A stretch of 62,683 bases of DNA, filler included. It is 13 parts of 13 records of this genome, joined end to end, with 100 filler letters (N's around TTAATTAATTAA, not from the genome) between each part and the next. Parts side by side here need not be neighbours in the genome. Positions count along the whole stretch, not along the records: positions 29,873 to 33,319 come from SRR15195285_4238; positions 33,420 to 40,265 come from SRR15195285_4239; positions 40,366 to 43,872 come from SRR15195285_4242; positions 43,973 to 47,490 come from SRR15195285_4243; 9 more parts are not named here. One strand, written 5' to 3'. The first letter of the stretch is position 1; each line of letters starts with the position of its first letter. The notes under the pieces are model-generated. The model was not told the DNA's origin, searched no databases, and saw only the letters and a program-made list of their open reading frames with translations. A program made the position numbers and the translations under genes. Shown here one piece after another: positions 33,305-44,728 of this stretch.

Positions 33305-33578
33305 CATTACCTTTTGCCTNNNNNNNNNNNNNNNNNNNNNNNNNNNNNNNNNNNNNNNNNNNNTTAATTAATTAANNNNNNNNNNNNNNNNNNNNNNNNN
33401 NNNNNNNNNNNNNNNNNNNATTCAATCCACAGGCGGGGCCAGAACCAGTCTAATATCAGTACTGGTGTCCGAGAAACACTGCGGCTCGGGGCGGACCGCG
33501 GAGTCTGCTGCATTTATCAGTGAATTCTATGTACTCCACAAGAATCCAACATCGCTAGTGCGGGGGGCCTCTGTGGCT

Positions 33579-33619
33579 CGTAACGGCTGGTAACGGCTGT
33601 TAACGGCTGGTAACGGCTG
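33579..33619. repeat. Tandem 10-mer (G/T)TAACGGCTG x4
   Basis: gtaacggctg gtaacggctg ttaacggctg gtaacggctg read directly from the sequence. Confidence 0.85.
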
Positions 33620-33964
33620 AGATTGAGAACAGGAGCTGCCGCCACCCTCTCTTTCTTTGTATCTACGAGTACGTATACGCAACCGCTACACGCACACAGC
33701 GAGAGAGGGAGAGAGAACACAGCACGCCGCCCGAGCGGGCTGCCAACAACGCTGGGGGCGCTTTGTGGAACAGGAGCTGCCGCCACCCTCCGCCTTTTTA
33801 TATACGGCTACATATACACACCACGAGGGAGGGGGGAGACGGCTGTGGGTGAGGGAGGAAGGGAGGGAGACGGCTGGGGGGGAGGGCAGGCGCCCCTGCC
33901 TTTCTCAGAACTGGAGCCGGGTCCAAGGTCTGTTTGGACCAATTGGCGGCAGGGCTCCGAGAGG

Positions 33965-35992
33965 ATGGCGCGCAAGGCCGCGACGTCGGTGCTGCGCGTC
34001 CTGCTGCTGCTGCTGGTCCTCGGTGTGCAGCGTGCGTTTGCGCCGAGGACTCGGCGGAGTATGGTGCCGAGGCGGCTCTCGGAGGACCGCATCTACCCGG
34101 ACCCGCCCACGGACACGGCAGGGGATCAGATCGACGCGCCGGACGGGCTGGATGGCTTTAAGGTGCACCGGGTGCGGCCGGGGCTGGACGGACGGCGCGG
34201 GAGGGGGGATGCGAGAAGGGGGTACATGTCGGATCATAACTATGACGAGGACCATTGGCTGGCGCCGACCAACCCAAGGACGGCCTTCGCGCTGCACCAC
34301 GCGTCGGCGCTCGGCGACGTCGACGAGGTGATGCGGCTGCTCGCGGGCTGCGACACAGCCCACATGCGTAACTGCAACCAGACCGCGAAGGGCGTCGACC
34401 CGAACGCGAAGGAGTCGATGTTCCTGAAGACGGCGCTGCACCGCGCCGCTGAGCACAACCGGTACGACGTGGCAGTGGAGCTGATCAAGTACAACGCGTC
34501 GGTCAACGTGACCGACCTGCAGTACTGGACCCCGCTCCACAAGAGCGCCGAGAAGGGCTGGCGCGAGTTCAGCCGGCTGCTGCTGACCAATAGCGCGGAC
34601 GTCGGCGCCGTGGACAAGTACGGCTGGACGCCGCTGCACCGTGCCGCCGACCAGGGCCACATCGAGGTGGTCAAGCTGCTCTCCGCGTACGGTGGCCCGC
34701 TTGACCACGGCAAGGCCAGCCTCGGCCATTTCTTCCCGGATGTCAACGCTCATGCGAACCAGGATGGTACGCCACTTCACCAGGCAGCGCGCAAGGGCCA
34801 CGCGGACGTCGTGGCGTGGCTGGTCGGCGCGGGTGCCGACATTGATGCCCGCGACAAGTACGGCCACATGCCGCTGCACAAAGCTGCGGAGGCCGGCCAG
34901 TACGAGGCCGCCATGACGCTGGTCATCCTCGGCGCACAGAAAAACACTCGCGGCGTGGTGGGCGGCACGCCCTTGCAAGTGGCGCGAGCCAGCGGTTACT
35001 TCGAGCTTGCGGAAATGCTTGCCTCAGCGGGGGCCACCACGCAGACCCCGCTGGGCGAGGGCTTGCGCAGTGGGCTGCCGCATCTGAACGAAGAGGCGTA
35101 CACGTTGTACGAGGAGGCGTACCGGCAGTGGACTGTGCGTGAGAACTGCGTCGCCACGGACCCAGCGGCAAACCCGCCGCCGAATTGCGATTACACCGAG
35201 GGCGATCCAGATTCCTGCGGAGCTGGTTGCACCTACTCCCCCGGCTTGCCGGCCTGGTCCACCAAACTCGGGCTTCCTCTGGAGCAGATGTACATGCACC
35301 ACCAGGTCGGCGTGCCGTCGCGGTACGTCTACTCGAGCTTTGTAGACGAGTCCACAGGCCTCGGCTACCGTGATGAGCAGCACGTTGGCCCGGAACTATG
35401 GGCACCTGGCGGGACGGACGATAACCCAGACTACGGCGCGACGGGCACGTACGACACTGACACGTACAGTCCTATCGTCGTCGGGCACACGGTATCGAAC
35501 TCCGTCGATGTCACCGAACACACATTTTTCACCGAGATCGATCCGTTTAGCCAGCACATCCTGCACACCTCCACGGCAGTCGATGGTCCGGTTCTCGTTC
35601 ACCCAGGTGCTGCTCACATTGACGATGGATACCGTTCCGGATCCTATCGCCCGTCAGGCGACGCGCGTGGCTTCACGACTGGTGGCGTAGATGCGCGGTC
35701 TCGGGCGACGTCCGAAATGTACCAAGCCGGTCCGCAGCGTGGGGTAGAGATCGGACCAGACCATGATATCGCAGGAAGAATCGTGGGCGATCATCCAGTG
35801 GTTGGCAGACGCCGACAGCTTTCCGCTGTAGAGAGCCTACGGGAAAAACTGAAGGAGAAACTGTCTAACGACTCTGCGCCGGAGCGCCGCCCTGTGGAAG
35901 GGGAGGCCTCCAAAGACGCGCTTGCTGAGAAGCTGCGTGCGACGCTCAAGGCTCGGGCTGCGTCATCGCCGGGTAGTACAGGCTCTGCATGA
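33965..35992 (+). CDS. Ankyrin-repeat protein with N-terminal signal peptide
   Basis: MARKAATSVLRVLLLLLVLGVQRAFA signal sequence; about 7 ankyrin repeats (TALHRAA, TPLHKSA, TPLHRAA, TPLHQAA, MPLHKAA, TPLQVA). Confidence 0.88.
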   Translation: MARKAATSVLRVLLLLLVLGVQRAFAPRTRRSMVPRRLSEDRIYPDPPTDTAGDQIDAPDGLDGFKVHRVRPGLDGRRGRGDARRGYMSDHNYDEDHWLAPTNPRTAFALHHASALGDVDEVMRLLAGCDTAHMRNCNQTAKGVDPNAKESMFLKTALHRAAEHNRYDVAVELIKYNASVNVTDLQYWTPLHKSAEKGWREFSRLLLTNSADVGAVDKYGWTPLHRAADQGHIEVVKLLSAYGGPLDHGKASLGHFFPDVNAHANQDGTPLHQAARKGHADVVAWLVGAGADIDARDKYGHMPLHKAAEAGQYEAAMTLVILGAQKNTRGVVGGTPLQVARASGYFELAEMLASAGATTQTPLGEGLRSGLPHLNEEAYTLYEEAYRQWTVRENCVATDPAANPPPNCDYTEGDPDSCGAGCTYSPGLPAWSTKLGLPLEQMYMHHQVGVPSRYVYSSFVDESTGLGYRDEQHVGPELWAPGGTDDNPDYGATGTYDTDTYSPIVVGHTVSNSVDVTEHTFFTEIDPFSQHILHTSTAVDGPVLVHPGAAHIDDGYRSGSYRPSGDARGFTTGGVDARSRATSEMYQAGPQRGVEIGPDHDIAGRIVGDHPVVGRRRQLSAVESLREKLKEKLSNDSAPERRPVEGEASKDALAEKLRATLKARAASSPGSTGSA

Positions 35993-36026
35993 GCAGCAAA
36001 TCGGTGATCAACTGAATGCATTCGAT

Positions 36027-39000
36027 TCACTTTTTCTTCGCGTTCTTCGCCTTCTTCCCCTTCTTCTTCTTCCCCTTCGTCTTGCCAGCATCCGAGCGGT
36101 TGCTAGCCGTTTTCGGTCCGCCTTCGGCACCATCCGGATCGGATGCTGTCGCCTTGGATTTGCTGCTTACTTTGGACTGTGCTTCAGTGACCAGCAATCG
36201 CTGCTCCTCATCCAGAAGGCTCCACCAGACAGCGAACTCATCCATGCTGATGTCACCACTCCCGTCCGTATCCATGTCTGCTTGCGACGCGGAGATTTGT
36301 TTCTTGGTCGCCTTGCGACCGAGTCTCGTGAGCAACACCTTCAGCTCGCGCGCATCGAGGCCACCGCTCCCATCCTTGTCTATCTCCTGAAAGACCTTGC
36401 GCCCCGCCTCCTCTTGCGCAGCCCGTTGTTGCGCATCTTCGATCGCCTTAGCTTTCGCTGCCACAGCGCCTGCCAGGGCCGCCTGTGCTTGCCTTTCCCA
36501 TTCAGCGAAGTCGTTCACAATTGCCCCGTGTCCGCCCTCCACCCATTGCGCGAAAGTCGTCCTGTTATACTGCCGCAGGCTTTCGTATGCGATGAGGTCC
36601 ATCAAGCCCATTCGCTCGTCCAGAAGATCCTCGCGCACAATGCGCATCTCCCCAACCTCGCTAGGTGATACAAACTCACCGCCGCCACCGCCAACCTGAT
36701 TCGAAAGGCACATGCAGTGGAAAGGTGTACTTCTCAGAGTGGATGTAGACAGCGTTATCAAAATGGCTGGTAAGCTGGGGCCCAGAGGGAGGCACTCACC
36801 CAGTTAAGCTTGACCTGGGCTGGGGCAATCATGCGGACCTCACCCCAGCGACTATCGTGCCTTGTCTGCGTCAACACACCCACGGTTAACGTGTGGCTCG
36901 TGTATGCACCCTTTCGCACCACGTAGCCACTTGTTGCAAGCTGATTATTCAGGTCCTGGACGTTCACTCGTGATCGCTTCGCGCGAGTGCGGAGTTCTAG
37001 AACAGTCAGATCGGCGTCAATCTGCAAAGCAGAAACCAGAAAATAAGTTTGCCGCGAGCAATCAGCCGACTGCATGAACTACACGCCACCGGGTGAGCAT
37101 GCATCGTACCAACTCCTGAAGCATCTCCTGCCGGACTGCATTGCGAGTAGACTCCTCGACAACGGTACCACGCGCCGCCATTTGCGACAGCAGGGACAGC
37201 CCGTCCAATCCCCCACTATGATAGTCAGAGTACTCAAGCTCGCGACGTAGACCATTCTTCTCGACCGATGGCAACCGGTGCGCTACGTTGGAGTCGACAT
37301 CATGGCACGTCTGACAGAGCAGCTCAACTGGGGTAAAACCAAGGCTATCAGTCTGCAACAGAGCAATGTAATCATCGTCCTGCCACGACTCGGTCACGAC
37401 TCTCAACATGGTGCCGTTCACTGCACTCTGTTTGCACAGAGCATGCAGTGGGCTGCCCTCGTGCCCTCGCATCCTCCACACAGCAGGCGGAATCACATCC
37501 GCCAACGCTTGCAAAACCGACAATTCAATATCCGAGTTTGCGCAAAGACTGTGCAATGGTGTTTCGCCAAAGCTATTGCGTTGCAACCATGCGCTCACAC
37601 CAAGCGCACCAGCAGCCTCGCGGAGCAGGTCACCACGGTTTGTGCATGCAGCACTGCATGAACCGCACCAATGGTGAAGCAGTGATCCTAAGCTTGGTAT
37701 AACTATGAGGCCAAGGCGCAGAGAAAGCTTGGTCAGTCCGATTCGAAAAACAAAACTGACACGATAGGTAGGGCCGTGCTATCGCACCTTGAAAGAATGT
37801 TGCTGATGCCCGCGCAACGCGTAGCCGCCCACGCAATTCATCCACACTCATTGACTCGTTATCAAAACGAGAACACCAGAGAGCACGGACCTCCAGATCA
37901 CCCCTGGCCAACAAAAATTCTTGCTCAGATTGCAGAGCAGGGGCCAAACAGTATAGAAGGAACAACGCACCACCAGCACCCAACCGCAAGAATATCAGCT
38001 CTTAGTTTCACTCCCAGTTTGTTTGATGCTGCAGTCAGCTCCAGCAGGTCACAGAAGCTAAAAGTGGAGTCGCGCGATCTGGTGTTCTTCACTGCGGCGC
38101 AGATCTGTTCTTTCACGCTCCCCTCGTCATCGCCATCGCTACCGCCATGCTCATCAGCACTGCATGCTAATTTCCATAGCTCGCAAACTCCGTTATCTTC
38201 GTTAGACAGCCCCAGTTGATGCCGGAGCATCGCAGCACTGTCTGCGAGCCCGCACCCTGACAAGATGTGTTCGAGTGTGCTTGGGCAGAACTCCTTCAGT
38301 TGTGGGAGTGCGGCGGGCAACCTCAATCTCGCAACTGCCAAAGCAAATGCAGCTTCTTTCGGTGCCTCAAATGCCAGTGCTTCTAGCATCGCAAGGAAAG
38401 CTTCTGCGTCCATGTTACGAATGTCGGACAGAGATGGAGATTCTCCTGGGTGCAGGTAAATAAACCTAGAAATGATAGCCATGTGTTGTGGCTCGAGCCC
38501 TGCAGAGTGTACGGTATAGAGCAACCCAACCGCAGTGAATACATCACGGAGACAAGTCAACTTGATCAGGCTCACATGTAATCGAAGTAGAAACCAGTGA
38601 CACGCACCATTTTCCTCTGCAAATTTCTGAAGCTCCATCGTATCATCTGCGCTTTGTAGTCGTGTTGGTTCCTCCGCGCCATATACACGGCTCCACGCCG
38701 AACGCTCCAACGGAGAAAGTCCTCTCGCGGCAGTTACACCGGCTGTCGCCTGCGATAGTAGCACAGGAAGCTCGATGTCCTTTGTTCCTGCAAGTCTCTT
38801 CGCCGTTTCTAGCTCCACTGCGGCCTGTGGAAACTCACCGGCATCTAGCCGGGCGACCGCGCGCGCCTTTGCCGCCGCAGCTGTGGCTAAGTCGCCTGTA
38901 AGCACCAAGGGCCCCATGCGCGGCCAGTCATCGCCGCGCTGCTGTACTGTCGGCAAATTGGGTTTGCGCGCCCGCTCTCGCCATGGGACATGCCGCTGCG

Positions 39001-39846
39001 TGTCAATCACTCTTTCGCCAGCTGGTCGCGCATGTACTGGAGTAGCCAAACCGAGAAGCTCTGTCTCTGTAAACTGCTCAGACTCGGACGCAGTCAGGTT
39101 AGTTCCCCAGGGATCGTCAGGTGGGCTGACAGCTGGCTCACCACTCGGATGGATTTTCAGTGGGGTGGCAGGAGGACTCCTTGCGTCGCGCTCAAGCTCC
39201 TCTGCCGGCAGACAATGCTCAAGCAGCGCGCGCCGCGATTTCGCTTCGGCGCGCCTCTTCGTGGAGGTGATGCTTAGCCGACCCTTCGCTCGCGTGTCTG
39301 CTTTTTTCTCTGCGCGGTGTCGTTGCTCCTGCATCAAGTGATGCGGGTCACGGATTCGCTCGAGGACGTAGTACTTGCTTTCAGCACCGAAGCTGGCAGA
39401 CACGGCGATTGGAAAGAGGGCACTGTTCACCCGGAGGCCGCCGTCGATGACACCAGCCTGGAAGCGTCGCCCAGTACTGCGGTCGGTCAGCACAATTCCG
39501 CCCACACATGTCACCGCAGTGCACTCGTAGACCTCCTGGCGGACGAATGAGCGCGGTGTCAGCGGCGGCCGAACGGTGCAGTAAACAGAAGCAAGGTGAA
39601 GGAGGCTACGGCATTCTCGCGTACAGTTGTGCTGCCAGACGGTTCGCTCCAGTGGTCCACGATATCGCAGTCGAGCTTGCCACCGCCAGCCCGGCTGACG
39701 GTCACGGAGCAGCTCCAGAACGTCCCCAAGTCACTCCCAGGGCCCTTCAGTAGATACGTGCCAATGACCTCCGCGCTGGTCGGCACCCACTCTGGGTCCG
39801 GTATCGCCCACTCCGGCTCGCGCTCCGGCTCTGGCTCCACCGTCAT
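36027..39846 (-). CDS. Large multi-exon protein: TPR-like and ankyrin-like segments, C-terminal EF-hand pair, Lys-rich tail (may be more than one gene)
   Basis: Consecutive minus-strand ORFs 39559-39846, 37925-39514, 37062-37598 and 36027-36761 with GT-AG junctions. GETPLHSLC and GFTPVELLC are ankyrin-like; DKDGSGGLDARE and DTDGSGDISMDE are EF loops. Confidence 0.62.
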
Positions 39847-40502
39847 CTCGTCCCGAAGCTATCCCATGCCCGCTCCTCTCCAGCTCCTCTCCAGCTCCTC
39901 CCAAACCCGCTCCCGATTCAGACTCAAGCCCGCCCACCCAATTTCTCAGTGATTTCTCCGCAGAGCGTAGGTTCACACCACGCGTCCACACACCGAATGC
40001 AGTGCAGTGCAGTGCGATTCACCGCACCAACACCAGCCTGCTCAAACTGTCCCCCAAGTTGTCTCGATGCCCTCGTGCACTGGCTGGGCCATGCCCGTCC
40101 ATGCTGGCCAGCGGCACCGCCGGCGGAGGCGGCACTCGCGGCCGGCACGTGCGCGGCCGCGGCGCGCGGCACCGAGCGATCCAGGCGACACCATGCATGT
40201 GTATTGTACCTTCTCCGTAAAACATTAATGTATACTCGGGACTCAGAATCAATTCGTATTGAAATNNNNNNNNNNNNNNNNNNNNNNNNNNNNNNNNNNN
40301 NNNNNNNNNTTAATTAATTAANNNNNNNNNNNNNNNNNNNNNNNNNNNNNNNNNNNNNNNNNNNNTACGATCAAGCGAGGGAAGCACCGCTGGCGCAAAG
40401 TCGTCTAAAGTCATTCTACGGGCATGAATTCGCTGGATGTATTGTGCATAGTTCTTGCAAGAACGCCTTTTCACCGTGCATGATGTCGAGATACTATCTC
40501 GT

Positions 40503-43500
40503 CTAGTGTGTGCAGGTGCATGATCGCGTACGTATCAGTACGTGATAAGATTCGCGCAGAATTCTGTTGCCAATGCACTGTAACAATGCAGATTCATACC
40601 ACGGAAGCCTCCGCGACGCGTGGCGTCCCTTCAACCTTGGTTTTTTCCCCACCTTCCACGGCTCTTTCACCACCACGGAGTGCTTTTTGAAGCCGAAAAC
40701 CACTCCGTGCAGTTGCTTTTGTTACTGGCCTCTTTTCACTCGGTGGAACCGCTGTTCGGTCACCACCCTTCGTGTCGCTGTCACGGTACTTTTGTTTCTG
40801 GCCTCCTCTCGCGGCATCGTCGCTACGATGGGAAGGCTGAGCCAGCTCCTGTTGGTCAACTCGAGGCACCCAGAATGTGCCGCCATTCTGCATCAGTTGA
40901 GCAGCAATCGAATGTTGCTATCAGCGATAGCACAGAAAGCAACAGAACAGAATGCTGCAGATCCTTCGCCATAAAGATAACCACATCGTGTCCATTTGAA
41001 GGCAAACTATAGACAAAACGAGCCAGGACAGGGGCAGCAAACGTACACGTGCTGCTGCCGCTGCCTGCTGTGCCTCAGCTCGTTTTTCTGCCCGGGAGAC
41101 TGCTGGCTGTTGGGCCGCGCCACCCACCCCTCCTCTGTGCTGCTTGTGGCGATTAATTCCAGGCACGGCTGCTACAGAGCCACCATCTCTCCACACAAAC
41201 CCCTGCAAAACCCGGTTCCCACCGGGTAGATTTAGCAGTGATCTATAATGCAATGTTAGACTTTGATTGGCTGGTCACTCTCGTTGAATTGTCTTACAGA
41301 CATGCCCCTATGCCTTTCGCCGATCTCAGTCAACCCATCCTTATCTAGAGCCTTGTACGCGCCCTTAGCAGGCGCTGTCTCCGCATTTGGGATAGCAATG
41401 CCTGCACCGTGACAGCCACAGTTCCGATAGCAAGCAGCCATGAGCAACGAGTACATCGAACTACTGCTTCATTGGAGGGTGGACGTACCGACATCGACTC
41501 TGATTGCAGTAGGTGCAGGTGCACCTTGTTCCAAATGATCGCGCGGTGATGGATCAAACATTGTCACCCCCGCCGAAGGCCACCCTTCGCGATCTTTGTT
41601 GCGTTTGTGTTTTGCAGTAACAGTTCTGTAGATATTTGGCATCGCTGATGATTCAACTGGCGACGGCTGCGGCTTGTTTTTTCGCAACTGCACAGGAATG
41701 TGCTGTCGCGATATCGGGGGGAACATGGTGCCGCCGCTGTCTTGTTCCGCCCTGCACAATGTGAGTTTAGCTAGCAGCTCACGCAGTAGAATCCCCCAGT
41801 TTCTTGTTGTGCTTGCTGTTTCTATCATTTACGTTTTCGCTCTCGCGCACCTGTGACTGGGTGGAGGCCTATCTCCATAGACCAAAGGGTCGCGACGGTG
41901 CTCCTGCCTCTTTCCACCGTCTCTGTCAAACAGATTGCTCGCGATTGCCCCGTCAACTAGCTTCCGACCACCAAAGTTGCCTGGCACGAAGTCGCCCTAG
42001 CAGCACGAGAAACAATCACCGCATCTTCTAGGCAGAGCAAAGCAGCCAAACAATGCCCGTACGTGCCACACTGGTGTCGACACTGGTAGCTACCATCTGC
42101 CGAGTACCATCTCGCCACTCACCTGCTGTAGCGCGGCATCGTTGTCGTATGTACCAGTGGCACCATACCTATACGTATCACCTGCGCCGTAGTTCCGTTC
42201 CAGGTATTCTCCACGACTCTCAGGTCGGCCTGCAGCACCAGACATCACGCACTTTCAGAAATCGTGTCGACCGGTCGATGTCGTGAAACACCGTTAGAAC
42301 GAAGCGCATTTTTCGAGAACGCACCAGACTGCTTGCGCAACCGTGCGTGCGTCTTGAGAAGCTCCGTAGGAGGCTGCGCAATCTGCGCACTATGCAGGAC
42401 CTACGCACAGTTTCGCAGTGAGCGAGAGTCAAACACGCAGACGAATAGACAGTGCTCACGTGTCTTAGCTGGTTGACTGTAGCTTGGTCGCCGTAGACAT
42501 TCTGAAGCGTCTGAATTGATTCTGTGTCTATGGCTGCAACACGCTGCGGGTGCCGTCTGAGGTTCTTGTTCCCTTGAGCTTGATCGTGAATCCGATCGAT
42601 TCCCGCCACAGAAATCTCCCCAGTGGCTGTCACCTGAATTATTGGTGACGCTACGCGTTGTGGCATCTTTCTGCGCGTCGCTTCGCGTTTCTCCTGCTCC
42701 TGCAGCTGTCCAAGGCCCGGATCCGTCTCTCCCACTGAGGCTGCCGCGGGGATATTTGGCTGTATGCGCTTTCGATCATACGCAGCGACCGCCTGGGCTT
42801 GTAGAGCTCGCGCTGCTTTCACCCACCACCGATAGCCCTGCCCCCACGCGCGCTCAACTAACCGCAGTCGGTCTACACCACCTAGTGCAGGAAACTTGGT
42901 CGCGAGCTCTGTCATCAATCCCTGTTTCGCACGGAAATGCTTCATTATGCTGTGGGAGAAGCTATCGAAATCTATCAAAACGATGCAAGCGTGTTTCAGT
43001 CTCATACCTCTGCGAATGCGTTGTAAGCAGCGGTCGAGTCACGCTCTAGCAGCGCAAGTGCCCGGCCTTCCTCCGCTTGCTCCTCTGGTGGAGGCGTCGG
43101 TGAGTCACGTTCGTATCGTAACGCTGGGGCCGGCGCCTCACCCCGAAGCAGCTGTTGCTTCAGATCCCGTTTACGCAAGCGCTCCTCGTCTTCTTCTACC
43201 TCGTCATCGTGCGCATCGTTGTTGCACGGGTTATCTTGGAACTCCAACAAGAGATTCTGCAGCTGCGACTTGTAATCCATTCCAGCGTTTGCCTGTGCGA
43301 GCTCTACAGGAAACAATTCTGGCACTGGAGGAGGAGAGCCCCCAACCCTTTCCTCTGGTGGCCCCAGCTCTGGTTGCACTGGTGGTTGTGCCTCTGGCTC
43401 TGGTTCGAGCTCAACACTCGCCATTGCTGCTGTGGCTTTTGCTGACGTCCCTGCATCGCCTACAGTATCTGCCTCCAGGTTCAGCACTGGCTGCTCCAGC

Positions 43501-43872
43501 TCCTCCTGTCCCTGCACTTCTGATTCTAGTTCCTGCTCCGGCGCTTCCAGTTCTGGCTCATTCTCCAGCACATTCGGCTCTGCCTCCTGCTCCAGCACTT
43601 CCAGGTGTAGCTCTTTCTCCGGCTCCCGCGGCTCCTTCAGCTCATCCTGCCCCTGTACCCGCGACTCTAGCTCCTGCTGCAGCGCTTCCAGCTCTGGCTC
43701 ATGCTCCGGCACTTCCGACTCTGGTTCCGGCTGCACCAACTCCTCCAGCTGCTCTGGCTCATCCTGCCGCTGCTGTTCTATCTCTAGGTCCTCCTCAGAT
43801 GCGTCTGTCTTTGGCCCCTGCTCCGGCCCCTGCTCCGGCTCTGGCTCCGGCTGCGGCTCCGGCTCCGGCTCC
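40503..43872 (-). CDS. Hypothetical multi-exon protein with acidic EP/EQ-rich repeat N-terminal region, 5' partial
   Basis: Minus-strand ORFs 43002-43739, 42220-43005, 41469-41828, 41256-41456 and 40594-40893 are separated by GT-AG-bounded segments; no recognisable domain. Confidence 0.5.
43380..43872. repeat. Coding tandem repeat (about 140-nt degenerate unit plus GGCTCC hexamer run) encoding EPELE-x-QELES-x-VQGQ-x-EL and (EP)n
   Basis: Near-duplicate blocks at about 43490-43590 and 43630-43730; GGCTCC tandem run at the contig end. Confidence 0.8.
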
Positions 43873-44029
43873 NNNNNNNNNNNNNNNNNNNNNNNNNNNN
43901 NNNNNNNNNNNNNNNNTTAATTAATTAANNNNNNNNNNNNNNNNNNNNNNNNNNNNNNNNNNNNNNNNNNNNTGCTGCTGCTGCTGCTGCTGCTGCTGCA
44001 CGTCGACCTGATCGATTTTTGCTTGACAG

Positions 44030-44416
44030 AAAATGAATAATGAGTTGACAGACTGGAGCTGGAGATGGGTGTTCTGGCCGTACTGGATGCTAGCCACCAT
44101 CTGTCTCGCGATTGCGGTGTGGGCTACATGCAGGATGCTTCGAACCTCTGATGCTGATGTTCTGAAGCAATCGTCAGTCCTACGCGTCTACAATGTCGGC
44201 TTCTTTCTACTACTTACGCTGCCGCTCACAGGGGCATGCTACCTCGACGGTTTGCTTTCCGACGAGGCCGCGTATGTGCCGCCGGTATGATTCAGCTCGT
44301 GCTGACCTTCTTGCGTTTTCTGTGCACATCGTCAGAACGTACATCTAACTTCAACGCGCTTGGTGTGGCTGTTGGCGCTGTTGTGTCTACCTGGTTCATT
44401 TGACACCAATGGATGA
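44030..44416 (+). CDS. Transmembrane protein 3' fragment (TMEM185/TMEM60-like WSWxxVFxPxW motif)
   Basis: DWSWRWVFWPYWM followed by hydrophobic helices; probable intron about 44285-44335. Confidence 0.45.
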
Positions 44417-44728
44417 TATAGGCGTTGGCAGTGGTCGCTGCTGCTGCGCTCTATCTCATGCACATCTCCCGACCGTGTTCGGGGGACGACAGTGAAGACA
44501 AGGCAGCAGATGTTCAGCCTGTGAAACCACAAGCACCGGAAAAAATAGACTAGTGACGCATCTACTAGGCAGTTTTAGACATGATGTTAAAAGTATTTAA
44601 AAGTAACTCGCCAATTGGACGCATGCGAGTGCCCTGCTTGCAGTGTGATAGCTCGCGTCATTCATCAAGCTCCGCACGGCAAGCGGTGAAACTGGGCCCT
44701 TGCAATACCTTCCCCAAACCGGTCACCG

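Noticed and set aside
33623-33964. N-terminal extension of the 789-aa ankyrin ORF
   Set aside because: Non-ATG start through repeat and purine-rich promoter DNA; the ATG at 33965 yields a signal peptide.
40366-43005. Possible transposon or viral insert (few recognisable genes)
   Set aside because: No transposase, reverse transcriptase, integrase or capsid motifs and no terminal repeats; it fits a spliced hypothetical gene.
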